Program-made: the position numbers and the translations under genes
The notes under the pieces: generated by a model
Database searches by the model: none
Told to the model about the DNA's origin: nothing
The model's input: the letters and a program-made list of their open reading frames with translations, nothing else
Shown here: in pieces, positions 1-9,056 of the stretch
Position numbering within the stretch: the stretch's first letter is position 1
How the letters are laid out: every line of letters begins with the position of its first letter
Origin: Escherichia phage vB_EcoM-101117BS1
Strand: one strand, 5' to 3'
Length of the DNA stretch: 64,000 bases
Sequence record: MZ234018.1

Positions 1-969
1 ATGAAAACTGTAACTATCAATAAGGGTATCTACTTCGGTAAAGAAATCTCTGGAACTTTTGAGCTCTTAGGCGAATGGTTCCCAGATAATGCTCCGGTAG
101 ATGCACAAGGAGATGGTAAAGTTTTTGTTGAAATTGACGGTAAACGTCGCGGTGTTTGGGTTTACAAATCAGATATTTCATATGATGGTGTAAAAGTTGA
201 AGAAGTTAAAGAATCGTATGAAGATATGAAAACCCGCATTAATAAAAGATTTAATGTTATGGGAATGATGACGAATGGTATTATTAACGGAAACATTCGT
301 TCATTAATTATCTCGGGAGCAGCAGGTATTGGTAAAACGTATTCTTTAGATAAAGCTTTAAATAAAGCAAATGATATTGGATACATTGAGTATAAAAGCA
401 TTAATGGTAAAATCTCTGGTATCGGTCTTTATGAACAGCTTTGGAATAATCGTGAAGAGAATTCTGTCCTTTTGATTGATGATGTGGATGTTTTCTCTGA
501 TATGGACATTCTTAATCTTCTGAAAGCTGCTCTGGACACTGGAGAGACCCGTAAAGTCTGCTGGAGCACCGCATCTTCTTACTTAGAAGAAAAAGGCATT
601 GAGCGTGAGTTTGAATTTAAAGGAACGATTGTTTTTATCACAAACGTTGACATTGACCGCGAATTAGACCGTGGTACTAAACTTGCTCCACATTTACAAG
701 CATTAGTGTCCCGCTCAGTTTATTTGGATTTGGGTGTTCACACTAATGAAGAAATTATGGTCAGGGTTGAAGATGTTATTCTTTCAACTGACATGATGCA
801 AAAACGCGGTCTTTCTGATGAAGAAACTTATAAAGCATTATCATGGATGAAAGTCAATGTTAATCGTTTACGCAATGTTTCACTGCGTACTGCTCTTTAT
901 CTTGCTGACTTTATTATGACCGACAAAAACGGTTGGGAAGAAATCGCTGAGGTTACTCTTCTGAAATAA
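1..969 (+). CDS. AAA+ ATPase-like protein, function unknown (may be 5'-partial at window edge)
   Basis: 322-aa ORF; Walker A GAAGIGKT and Walker B-like LLIDDVD motifs. Confidence 0.55.
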   Translation: MKTVTINKGIYFGKEISGTFELLGEWFPDNAPVDAQGDGKVFVEIDGKRRGVWVYKSDISYDGVKVEEVKESYEDMKTRINKRFNVMGMMTNGIINGNIRSLIISGAAGIGKTYSLDKALNKANDIGYIEYKSINGKISGIGLYEQLWNNREENSVLLIDDVDVFSDMDILNLLKAALDTGETRKVCWSTASSYLEEKGIEREFEFKGTIVFITNVDIDRELDRGTKLAPHLQALVSRSVYLDLGVHTNEEIMVRVEDVILSTDMMQKRGLSDEETYKALSWMKVNVNRLRNVSLRTALYLADFIMTDKNGWEEIAEVTLLK

Positions 970-1071
970 TTCATAAGAGGACTTCTATGACAAAAAAGGC
1001 AGTTCAGAAATAGATTATATGGACTGCCATCAAAAAGATGACTAGAATTAAACTGGTGAATGGAGGTAGTG

Positions 1072-1374
1072 ATGTTATACTCAAAGGCTCGTGAAATTTA
1101 CGAAACTAAAATTAAAGAAGCTGTATTTCAATTCGCAACGACAATGCGATGGACAAATGACTGGGAGTATTCAAAAAATCATAAGAAGCCCATGGTGACA
1201 AGAAAGGCTCATATGTTAGTGTTAATAGACCGTGAACAGATTAAAGCCCGAGAAGCCCTCCAGAATCATAAAAAGGCTGCCTTTGAATGGTTTATGGATA
1301 ACACTGCTCCTGAGACTAAGAAAGCAGTGAGCGCTTGGTTCAGTGGAAAAAATTGTGAAAGAAGTTTCTTTTAG
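1072..1374 (+). CDS. hypothetical protein
   Basis: ORF with GGAGG Shine-Dalgarno 6 nt upstream of ATG 1072; alternative in-frame ATG at 1060. Confidence 0.45.
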   Translation: MLYSKAREIYETKIKEAVFQFATTMRWTNDWEYSKNHKKPMVTRKAHMLVLIDREQIKAREALQNHKKAAFEWFMDNTAPETKKAVSAWFSGKNCERSFF

Positions 1375-1376
1375 TG

Positions 1377-1406
1377 GTTTACAAGACTGTTCCTCTGTGG
1401 TACTAT
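1377..1406 (+). promoter_or_regulatory. T4-type early promoter (GTTTAC -35, 18-bp spacer, TGGTACTAT -10)
   Basis: GTTTAC 1377-1382, TACTAT 1401-1406, 34 nt upstream of ATG 1435. Confidence 0.55.
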
Positions 1407-1434
1407 ACAACTATCAACTACGGAGGAACAGAAA

Positions 1435-1962
1435 ATGAATGCTAAAGATATTTTCAACTTGGTAAACTACAATGATGGTAAATTTAAATCTGAAGCTCAA
1501 AGCAAGTTCTTTAATGATGTCTCAATCGGTGGTGAAATCACAGTTGATGGAGGACAAATTTATAAATCTCGTTGGAATTGGATTGTTATCATCGATGAAA
1601 TAGGTATCGTAGAAATTTATAAAAATACGAATAAAAATCGTACATTACACTGGTCTCGTGATACTAACGAACAGTACAAAAAGGATAAAGCATCTAAATT
1701 ATCTCGCGTAACTCAAGAAGATATTGAGTTCATCAAGAAAGATATTTTGATGTATGATAACTTAATTGCTGAAGAGCAAGCTGTTATTGATAAATTTGAC
1801 GAGATTAAAGCTTCTCGTGAAATTCCTGATTTTATGAAAGAATCAGTAAATGAACGATACACTCTCATTTCAGAGCGTATTGAAACTTACAAAAAGCAAA
1901 GAGCTGAACGCCAGAATACTCTTCGGAAGTTTGAAGAACGGTTAAAGACGGTACTCGCATAA
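1435..1962 (+). CDS. hypothetical protein with charged helical C-terminus
   Basis: 175-aa ORF, SD GGAGG upstream, downstream of early promoter. Confidence 0.5.
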   Translation: MNAKDIFNLVNYNDGKFKSEAQSKFFNDVSIGGEITVDGGQIYKSRWNWIVIIDEIGIVEIYKNTNKNRTLHWSRDTNEQYKKDKASKLSRVTQEDIEFIKKDILMYDNLIAEEQAVIDKFDEIKASREIPDFMKESVNERYTLISERIETYKKQRAERQNTLRKFEERLKTVLA

Positions 1963-2017
1963 CCGCTTTATACCAAGGATGGTATAATGGTTCTAAGCCC
2001 TTTTAATTGAGATTATT

Positions 2018-2425
2018 ATGAAACAGTTGATAATTAAAAGATTGAATTTATTGATATGTTGTTTATGTATAGTAATTGCATATGGTTATTACGCAATTAA
2101 TGATTATATGCATTATAAAGATTATGATGTTACTGTGGTTAATACCTTTACAGGAACTCAAGGGAAGGGGTCTAGTTTATCGTTTATTGCCGTATATGAA
2201 CTCAAAGACGGTTATAGATTTAGTGAATATATTTCCCCAGAGATGTATTCATCAATAGAAAAAGGCGATAATATTACTGTAAGTTTACGTCCTTTCGACG
2301 TAAAACAGACATTGTTTGATAATATTGTTTGGTTCTTTGGAATGGTATTAGTTCAATCTGTATGCGGTGCTTATATAGTCTTTTCCATCATATTCTGCGT
2401 ATTTAGTAAAATTGAAATTGAGTGA
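2018..2425 (+). CDS. predicted membrane protein
   Basis: 135-aa ORF with hydrophobic N- and C-terminal segments. Confidence 0.5.
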   Translation: MKQLIIKRLNLLICCLCIVIAYGYYAINDYMHYKDYDVTVVNTFTGTQGKGSSLSFIAVYELKDGYRFSEYISPEMYSSIEKGDNITVSLRPFDVKQTLFDNIVWFFGMVLVQSVCGAYIVFSIIFCVFSKIEIE

Positions 2426-2432
2426 GGAAAAT

Positions 2433-3320
2433 ATGTCAGTAGTAATTAATAATGTCAATGCAGTAATTAAATCTTTAGTTAATAAAAAATTGAATGAATG
2501 GACTGTACTTCGTCGTGGAGAGCCAGATAAATTTTTTCATAGATTTAACCCAACTTTGGATTTGAATGTTATTGACAGAGATGTTCATGCAGAAATTTTA
2601 GATAAGTTTAAAGTTGATATTGGATTTGGATTAGAAAAACATTTGCAGCGAACAAACGGGTCTGGAATGGGTTTATCTAATCGCATTATGAAAGCCCTTA
2701 ATAAAATTGGAGCATTGTCTCGTATTAACGCGAGTGAAATCCTTCATAATTATAATAAAGGATATGACCTTTATGGTCGACTAATGCCGAAATTATCATT
2801 TGACCAAATGATCGCAGATTTGTGGGAAAATCAACGACGATTATTAGCATTAGGCGCTCGATTAGCTAAAGGTCTAGATAAACAAATGATTTTTAAGACC
2901 AATAATACAGAAGACCTTAAATGCTTTAAATTTAGTATTCGCGGCGATGATTATTACGTCAGAGCTCGCTCTACAGATTATGTTAATATGGGGCATCATC
3001 TCTGTTTAGCTTTTGAAGTTTTAAAAGAAGCCGGAACATTAGAATATGTGTCTGGTGCTAAATGCCCGATTGGTTCAAGTTGTATTTTAATTTATCGCCC
3101 GGATGAATCCAGTTCATCTAAATTACCTACAAAACCTGTACCAGTTCGTAGTAACGAAAAACATTCTGAGCAAATTGATTATTTTAATAAGCAAATTGAA
3201 GAGCTGAATATTTCTATTCAACAGTATGACGATGAAATTTTCAGACTATCTGGATTGAGTAGTAAAGCTAAATCTGAGCGTGAAAAATTAATTAAAATTG
3301 TTGATTTACTTAAATCTTAA
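2433..3320 (+). CDS. hypothetical protein with C-terminal coiled-coil-like tail
   Basis: ATG at 2433 after GAGGAAAA SD (track start 2412 is TTG); C-terminal K/E-rich heptad-like segment. Confidence 0.55.
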   Translation: MSVVINNVNAVIKSLVNKKLNEWTVLRRGEPDKFFHRFNPTLDLNVIDRDVHAEILDKFKVDIGFGLEKHLQRTNGSGMGLSNRIMKALNKIGALSRINASEILHNYNKGYDLYGRLMPKLSFDQMIADLWENQRRLLALGARLAKGLDKQMIFKTNNTEDLKCFKFSIRGDDYYVRARSTDYVNMGHHLCLAFEVLKEAGTLEYVSGAKCPIGSSCILIYRPDESSSSKLPTKPVPVRSNEKHSEQIDYFNKQIEELNISIQQYDDEIFRLSGLSSKAKSEREKLIKIVDLLKS

Positions 3321-3328
3321 GGAACACT

Positions 3329-4333
3329 ATGAAAACTCGTTCTCAAATTGAAGATATGGTTCGTAATGCCAGCTATACCCGTAATGTTATGACATTTTTG
3401 TGCCAAAATAATTTAGACCCTGATAGAGTTAATAGTTCCATTCACTTTAAGTATATGAATAGCAGTGAATGGTTACGTCATTTTAGTAAAGCGGGATATA
3501 TTACACAAATGACTGCTCGTGAGCAGCTCACCGATTTCTGTAAAACTATTGATTATAAAAATCCTCTATTTGTTCAAGGCGTTGGTCAGAGTAAGGTCGA
3601 TTTATCAACAGGATTTTTTAATCCAAATCATTATCGTATTGAATGGAGATTTATTGCTCTATTTCGTAAACAATTAAAGCAAATTTTGTCTACTGCTAGT
3701 CGATTAAAAGGCTCTGATATTAACTTAAAGAATCTGAAATTTGATGGTTATACTCTTCAGATGGAAGTAAGACCATTAAAAGAAAATAATAGAACTGCAC
3801 GAATTAGCTTTAAACCTAATACAAAAAATTCTCTTTCAATTTGTGAATGTCTTAAATCACAGTTGACAGAAGCATTTAAGTATATGGATGTTGTTGCTGC
3901 TGTTCAATCTAAGATTTCGCAGCATTTCGAACGATTTAAATTAGATACGACAACATATGAACTTGATATGATCGTTTCATTTAAATATGATTTTTTGAGA
4001 AAGGACGAAGTTACACAAGAGAAAAAACCTGAACCCCAAACTAATTACTCATCAAACGATCCTAAATTTTGGATGTATAGTTCAGATAATAATGATGCAT
4101 GGAAATTTAATAAAGTGAATTTTCTTCCTGTTGAAAATCCGAGTCTTAAACCTGTTGAAAAATGGCACGCTGACGCGATTGAGAAGTCTATCAAGGCAGT
4201 AGATGATGAACTCGTTAAAGCAACTAATGAAGTGTTAGAAGCTGAAAAGATGCTAGAAAAAGCTCAAGAAAAAGTAAAAAATCTCACGAAGCAACGTTCT
4301 AAATTGAACAACGCACTAAATGCACTAAACTAG
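3329..4333 (+). CDS. hypothetical protein with C-terminal coiled-coil-like tail
   Basis: 334-aa ORF; C-terminus KATNEVLEAEKMLEKAQEKVKNLTKQ. Confidence 0.55.
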   Translation: MKTRSQIEDMVRNASYTRNVMTFLCQNNLDPDRVNSSIHFKYMNSSEWLRHFSKAGYITQMTAREQLTDFCKTIDYKNPLFVQGVGQSKVDLSTGFFNPNHYRIEWRFIALFRKQLKQILSTASRLKGSDINLKNLKFDGYTLQMEVRPLKENNRTARISFKPNTKNSLSICECLKSQLTEAFKYMDVVAAVQSKISQHFERFKLDTTTYELDMIVSFKYDFLRKDEVTQEKKPEPQTNYSSNDPKFWMYSSDNNDAWKFNKVNFLPVENPSLKPVEKWHADAIEKSIKAVDDELVKATNEVLEAEKMLEKAQEKVKNLTKQRSKLNNALNALN

Positions 4334-4362
4334 TTTACTTCGCCACAAGGATGTGGTATAAT
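4333..4362 (+). promoter_or_regulatory. T4-type early promoter
   Basis: GTTTAC 4333-4338, 18-bp spacer, TGGTATAAT with TATAAT 4357-4362. Confidence 0.6.
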
Positions 4363-4390
4363 GTTCTTACTTTCTACTGAGGAGATTAAT

Positions 4391-5392
4391 ATGACTCGCA
4401 ACGAATATATTAAATCGTTCAACAGCGTTATTGATGATAAAGCTATACCGATGTTTGGTCAAAATATCGTTCTTTCTATTATCAATCAATGGCTCAATAG
4501 TGTTGATGCAAGTATTGTTTCTTCTACTAAATTTATTCATGAAATTCGTAAAATTTCTAGCCGTGTAGATAAAGATGACATTAAGAAAACCTTTAAAGGG
4601 TCTCGTCTTCTTTCATACTTAGTCAACAGAGATATTCTTAGTAAATTTGGGAAAGAAATTAAACGAACTAAAGATGTAGTAGGATATAATTGGTTCGGTG
4701 ATGTTAATTCTTATCATCTTAATAATAAAGAAGACCCTGAGAATATTTTTACTCGTCGTTGGATTAGTAATTTCAGACTTTTCAAAGGACAAATTCTAAA
4801 ATCAGCTTCTAAATTATGTTATGGCGATTATCGTCAAATTCATCCTTTGGCTTCTGATATGATTATCGTAAAAGAATATGAGCTTGATGAAAATAAAGTA
4901 GCTATTTTTGTGAATTATGGATTTTTTACACCAAACGCTAACCAAAAGAATATTAATAAATTTTTCTCAATTGCTAGCACTATAACTCGTCAGTTAGAGA
5001 CTGCATTACTTTGTATGGAAACAGTAGAAAATATTCATACATATCCTTTTAAGAATATATGCGGATGGGAAGGATATAAAATTGTAATTAGTCTTCGTGA
5101 AGTGAAATGTGCTTATTCACCTACTGATAAAGAAATTTATCAACAAAAATGTGAGGAAATTGTGAATACTCCTAAAGAAGAAACTACCCTTGAGGAACTA
5201 ATGGATAATCTTGATGATTCGCCTGAACCGGCAGAAATTCGTCCAGAAGTTATTGCATTAGAAAAAGCTTATAAAGAAGTTCTAGAAATTTCTAATAAAG
5301 CACAGAAAGAATATGAGCAGGCTAAAAGGATTTGGGAAGAATCTGTCAATCGTCTTGATCGTCTTGAACAAGCTTTACAGTTAATTAAGTAA
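4391..5392 (+). CDS. hypothetical protein with C-terminal coiled-coil-like tail
   Basis: ATG 4391 after GAGGAG SD; C-terminus EKAYKEVLEISNKAQKEYEQAKRIWEESVNRLDRLEQALQ. Confidence 0.55.
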   Translation: MTRNEYIKSFNSVIDDKAIPMFGQNIVLSIINQWLNSVDASIVSSTKFIHEIRKISSRVDKDDIKKTFKGSRLLSYLVNRDILSKFGKEIKRTKDVVGYNWFGDVNSYHLNNKEDPENIFTRRWISNFRLFKGQILKSASKLCYGDYRQIHPLASDMIIVKEYELDENKVAIFVNYGFFTPNANQKNINKFFSIASTITRQLETALLCMETVENIHTYPFKNICGWEGYKIVISLREVKCAYSPTDKEIYQQKCEEIVNTPKEETTLEELMDNLDDSPEPAEIRPEVIALEKAYKEVLEISNKAQKEYEQAKRIWEESVNRLDRLEQALQLIK

Positions 5393-5444
5393 TTTAAAGC
5401 CAAGGATGGCTCGGAGTATAAATCATTAACCAAGTGAGAAGAAT

Positions 5445-6374
5445 ATGAAAACTCGTAAACATTATATTGATTATTTTGACAGTCTTATTACTAAACACCG
5501 TAATTATCAGATCGGGCACAGAGCAGTAATCAATAATATTCTTCGTGATTTCCTTCAATATGTTGGTCAGGAAAATCATATCTGTAAAGATACTCAAAAC
5601 GCTTATTCTCATTCGTTAGGCAATTTGCTTGAATGGTTTAAACGTTCTCGTATGTTATCTTCTACTGTAGCTCGTGATAACATTAAAAACTTTATGAAGC
5701 CGAGCTTCATTAAATCTGAGACATCTATAACCGATTTGGTTGAATTTACTATTGTTAATGATGTTAAAAAGACTCATTTGGCTGATTGGTTTTCTACCAT
5801 TCCTGAAACCAAATTTGCTGATAAATTTGCTTGTCAATTCAATGACCAAGTGAATATGCTTTTTAAGCATGCTCGCAAACTGTTTACCGCGGGCGATGCT
5901 CGCACAAATACAGTTCATGTTAAGGACTGGGTTATTGCTGATGAAGTAACACACAAGCCAGGTGGTTCATCAGTATTAATTAATATTCAAGTTCCTTATT
6001 ATTACTCACGTAATCTCGGCACCATGACAGCTAGAGAAATTAATAAGCACAACAAAACTATTCGTTCGTTGTCTTATAAACTCCGCATGATGTTAAAAAT
6101 TATGGATGTAGTGGAAATGTATGACGAAACCGAAGATAATGGTTCAATGTTATACAGTTTACGCATTCTAATTAAACTGAAGAACCCTAATACGTATAAG
6201 CCAGTTGTAAAAGAGCCTAAAGTAGAAAAGGTTGATAATCTGAGTGAAGAACGCGAATATCTCAGTGCCCGTTTGATTGAAGTTGAAAAACAGATTGAAG
6301 AGCATACTAAAGTTATTAAGGCTTTAACCACCAAAGCAAATGGTTTACGTGATGCTATTGAGGTACTGAAATGA
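5445..6374 (+). CDS. hypothetical protein with C-terminal coiled-coil-like tail
   Basis: 309-aa ORF; C-terminus [44 protein letters not shown]. Confidence 0.55.
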   Translation: MKTRKHYIDYFDSLITKHRNYQIGHRAVINNILRDFLQYVGQENHICKDTQNAYSHSLGNLLEWFKRSRMLSSTVARDNIKNFMKPSFIKSETSITDLVEFTIVNDVKKTHLADWFSTIPETKFADKFACQFNDQVNMLFKHARKLFTAGDARTNTVHVKDWVIADEVTHKPGGSSVLINIQVPYYYSRNLGTMTAREINKHNKTIRSLSYKLRMMLKIMDVVEMYDETEDNGSMLYSLRILIKLKNPNTYKPVVKEPKVEKVDNLSEEREYLSARLIEVEKQIEEHTKVIKALTTKANGLRDAIEVLK

Positions 6375-6667
6375 AAAAGCGTTTATTAGAAGATATTGCC
6401 GAAGCTTCAGATTTTCCTGAATGGACTCCATGCGCTGGGTTTGATAAAGGACTGCTAGTTACTGACGATTTAGATTTTAAACCTCCAGCATGGGATGCTA
6501 TTATGGCTATGGTTAAACGTCGCGAAAGGGCTTCTAAAAACGTTCCTAATTGCCCTGAATGTGGAACTGAACAGGTGCAATTGGTCCATTGGCAGACTAG
6601 TAATCTTCGTTATAAATGTCGCCATTGTAAACACCGATTTGACCGAGAAGAAAATGACAAAGCGTAA
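6371..6667 (+). CDS. small zinc-ribbon protein
   Basis: 98-aa ORF with CPEC...CRHC motif pair; start overlaps previous stop (ATGA). Confidence 0.5.
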
Positions 6668-6857
6668 AGAATATATGGAGACTGCTGAAAAGGCAGTCCG
6701 TGAATTAGCAATAGCTTATTATAATGAACATGGTAAATTTCCTGATAGATACAGCGTGCTTAAATCTGCTTTAACTCGTTCATATAAAAATATGCTATCA
6801 GAAGTAAGTGATATTATATACAAACATAAAGAACAAACGGGCCAAAGTCTTGATTGA
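6654..6857 (+). CDS. hypothetical small protein, C-terminally truncated by a 55-bp tandem duplication
   Basis: ATG 6654; TGA 6855-6857 is created at the duplication junction; without the second copy the frame would end at TAA 6949-6951. Confidence 0.45.
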
Positions 6858-6910
6858 AGTAAGTGATATTATATACAAACATAAAGAACAAACGGGCCAA
6901 AGTCTTGATT
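6801..6910 (+). repeat. perfect tandem direct duplication, 2 x 55 bp
   Basis: 6801-6855 is identical to 6856-6910 (gaagtaagtgatattatatacaaacataaagaacaaacgggccaaagtcttgatt). Confidence 0.9.
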
Positions 6911-6952
6911 ACGATGAGACTTTTAAACAAGTACTAGGAATTAAGGAATAAT

Positions 6953-7216
6953 ATGTTTAAAGTATATGGTTATGATAGCAACATTCATAAATGCGTGTAT
7001 TGCGATAATGCAAAACGTCTTTTGACCGTGAAGAAACAGCCGTTTGAATTTATCAACATTATGCCGGAAAAAGGTGTTTTTGATGATGAGAAAATCGCTG
7101 AGCTTCTGACTAAACTAGGTCGTGATACTCAAATCGGCTTGACAATGCCTCAGGTATTTGCTCCTGATGGAAGTCATATTGGTGGATTTGACCAACTGCG
7201 AGAATATTTTAAATGA
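6953..7216 (+). CDS. nrdC: thioredoxin/glutaredoxin-like NrdC
   Basis: 87-aa ORF with CVYC active-site motif; matches T4 NrdC in size and sequence. Confidence 0.85.
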   Translation: MFKVYGYDSNIHKCVYCDNAKRLLTVKKQPFEFINIMPEKGVFDDEKIAELLTKLGRDTQIGLTMPQVFAPDGSHIGGFDQLREYFK

Positions 7217-7428
7217 TGCTCGAAGGAACTGACTATATTCACGATTACCGCGGAAGCGCTGTATATGTAGGTGATGAAGTTGCAGTTTATTATGGGTATG
7301 GAACTTTGATGACAGCAAAGGTTATTCAAATTAAAAATAATCGTGCTAAACTTGAAGTTTATTATTCTAATGGTGAAAAGTCTATTTCTAAGTGGAAATA
7401 CGGCGATTGCATGGTTAAACTGGGGTAA
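7213..7428 (+). CDS. hypothetical protein
   Basis: 71-aa ORF, start overlaps nrdC stop. Confidence 0.4.
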   Translation: MMLEGTDYIHDYRGSAVYVGDEVAVYYGYGTLMTAKVIQIKNNRAKLEVYYSNGEKSISKWKYGDCMVKLG

Positions 7429-7430
7429 AT

Positions 7431-7601
7431 ATGATTTACGATATTAGTGTATCAAGAACTCCGTCAATGGTTACTATTCCAGCCGAAGAACTAGATCGTC
7501 TTCAGAAAATTGAAGAACTTCTTTGGGAAATTGAATGTGACCTGCCATCAGGACTAGAATCCTGGATTGATGATGAAGAACTTAATAAATTGCGAAATTA
7601 A
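7431..7601 (+). CDS. hypothetical small acidic protein
   Basis: 56-aa ORF below the ORF-track threshold; tight spacing to neighbours. Confidence 0.3.
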   Translation: MIYDISVSRTPSMVTIPAEELDRLQKIEELLWEIECDLPSGLESWIDDEELNKLRN

Positions 7602-7611
7602 TTGGTGAAAA

Positions 7612-7932
7612 ATGACTATTGAAAATAAATTAGATGTTGATGCAGTTCTGAGCGAAATCATTGAAGACCATGATGCATTTTCGGAAAACTATGATTTCGA
7701 TTTTTCCGATTATCTTAAACCTGTCGAAATAGAAGACTGGGTGCAAGATGGTAAATGTCAATATCGTCAGTGTGTTTACTTTAGTCCAAAACATAATGTA
7801 CATGTGGCTGTAAATGAATCTCGGTCAGGTTCTTATCATTCTGATTGGTATTATGCAGTTCCGACTGTTGAACTAGTCGAGCCCCGTGAACGTGTAGTAA
7901 CTCAGACAGTACGAGAATGGATTACGCTATAA
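7612..7932 (+). CDS. hypothetical acidic protein
   Basis: 106-aa ORF. Confidence 0.45.
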   Translation: MTIENKLDVDAVLSEIIEDHDAFSENYDFDFSDYLKPVEIEDWVQDGKCQYRQCVYFSPKHNVHVAVNESRSGSYHSDWYYAVPTVELVEPRERVVTQTVREWITL

Positions 7933-8055
7933 AACCTTGGTGGGCGGCTAGATGGGAAACTGTAGAGCCAGAGCCGGAAGAACCGGTTTACACTGATGAA
8001 GAAACAGTATATAATGAACCAACGATAAATGACTTAATTGATATGGAGATGGGAT

Positions 8056-8541
8056 ATGATTACAGTAAATAAATGGTTTAGAATTAATCGTGCTGATACA
8101 GGGCTGTGTAATTACTGGCCGGAACTTAGCGCAGGTGCTGTCTTTAAAGTTCGTGAACTTGCAAAAGAATGTGAAGATGATATAGAGCCTGATACTGGAA
8201 TTATTGAAATTGAACTTTCCGACGGAAAGATTATTAATATCTATGATAAGCCAATTACGTATTGGTGCTTATGGAATACTGAATCCGTTGAAAATGGCGA
8301 AATTGAAGAAGTTGTAGAGCGAACTAATCAAGTTGTTCAGAAGCCTAAAGCCGATTTTCAAGGTGAACGTATTTCATACGCATTAGCTAAATTAGCTGCG
8401 CAAGAAAATAACGATGGTTATGAAGGTAACCTGATGCAAGCTGCCGCAGAATACATTGAATGGCTTGAAACTCAAATTTCTTTTTCTGACCAAAAGATTC
8501 GGCAATATAAGCGATTGAATCAAATGTTTTACAATACTTGA
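8056..8541 (+). CDS. Pin-like protein (candidate inhibitor of host Lon protease)
   Basis: 161 aa from ATG 8056 (track start 8038 is TTG); size and position between nrdC and 49 match T4 pin. Confidence 0.45.
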   Translation: MITVNKWFRINRADTGLCNYWPELSAGAVFKVRELAKECEDDIEPDTGIIEIELSDGKIINIYDKPITYWCLWNTESVENGEIEEVVERTNQVVQKPKADFQGERISYALAKLAAQENNDGYEGNLMQAAAEYIEWLETQISFSDQKIRQYKRLNQMFYNT

Positions 8542-8552
8542 AAATAATAAAT

Positions 8553-8583
8553 ACCCTTATCTATTTAAGGTAAGGGTTTATTA
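8553..8583 (+). terminator. hairpin followed by T-rich tract after pin-like ORF
   Basis: inverted repeat accctta...taagggt followed by tttatt. Confidence 0.3.
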
Positions 8584-9056
8584 TGTTATTGACTGGCAAA
8601 TTATACAAAGAAGAAAAACAGAAATTTTATGATGCACAAAATGGTAAATGTTTAATTTGCCAACGAGAACTAAATCCTGATGTTCAAGCTAATCATCTTG
8701 ATCATGACCATGAATTAAATGGACCAAAAGCAGGAAAGGTGCGTGGATTGCTTTGTAATCTCTGCAATGCCGCAGAAGGTCAAATGAAGCATAAATTTAA
8801 TCGTTCTGGCTTAAAGGGACAAGGTGTTGATTATCTTGAATGGTTAGAAAATTTACTTACTTATTTAAAATCCGATTACACCCAAAATAATATTCACCCT
8901 AACTTTGTTGGAGATAAATCAAAGGAATTTTCTCGTTTAGGAAAAGAGGAAATGATGGCCGAGATGCTTCAAAGAGGATTTGAATATAATGAATCTGACA
9001 CCAAAACACAGTTAATAGCTTCATTTAAGAAGCAGCTTAGAAAGAGTTTAAAATGA
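8583..9056 (+). CDS. 49: recombination endonuclease VII (Holliday junction resolvase)
   Basis: 157 aa; HLDHDHE and CNLCN His-Me/zinc motifs; matches T4 gp49. Confidence 0.85.
   Translation: MLLTGKLYKEEKQKFYDAQNGKCLICQRELNPDVQANHLDHDHELNGPKAGKVRGLLCNLCNAAEGQMKHKFNRSGLKGQGVDYLEWLENLLTYLKSDYTQNNIHPNFVGDKSKEFSRLGKEEMMAEMLQRGFEYNESDTKTQLIASFKKQLRKSLK

Noticed and set aside
6801-6910. Possible CRISPR-like or minisatellite array
   Set aside because: Only two exact adjacent copies with no spacers and no further repeats; it is a simple tandem duplication inside a coding region.
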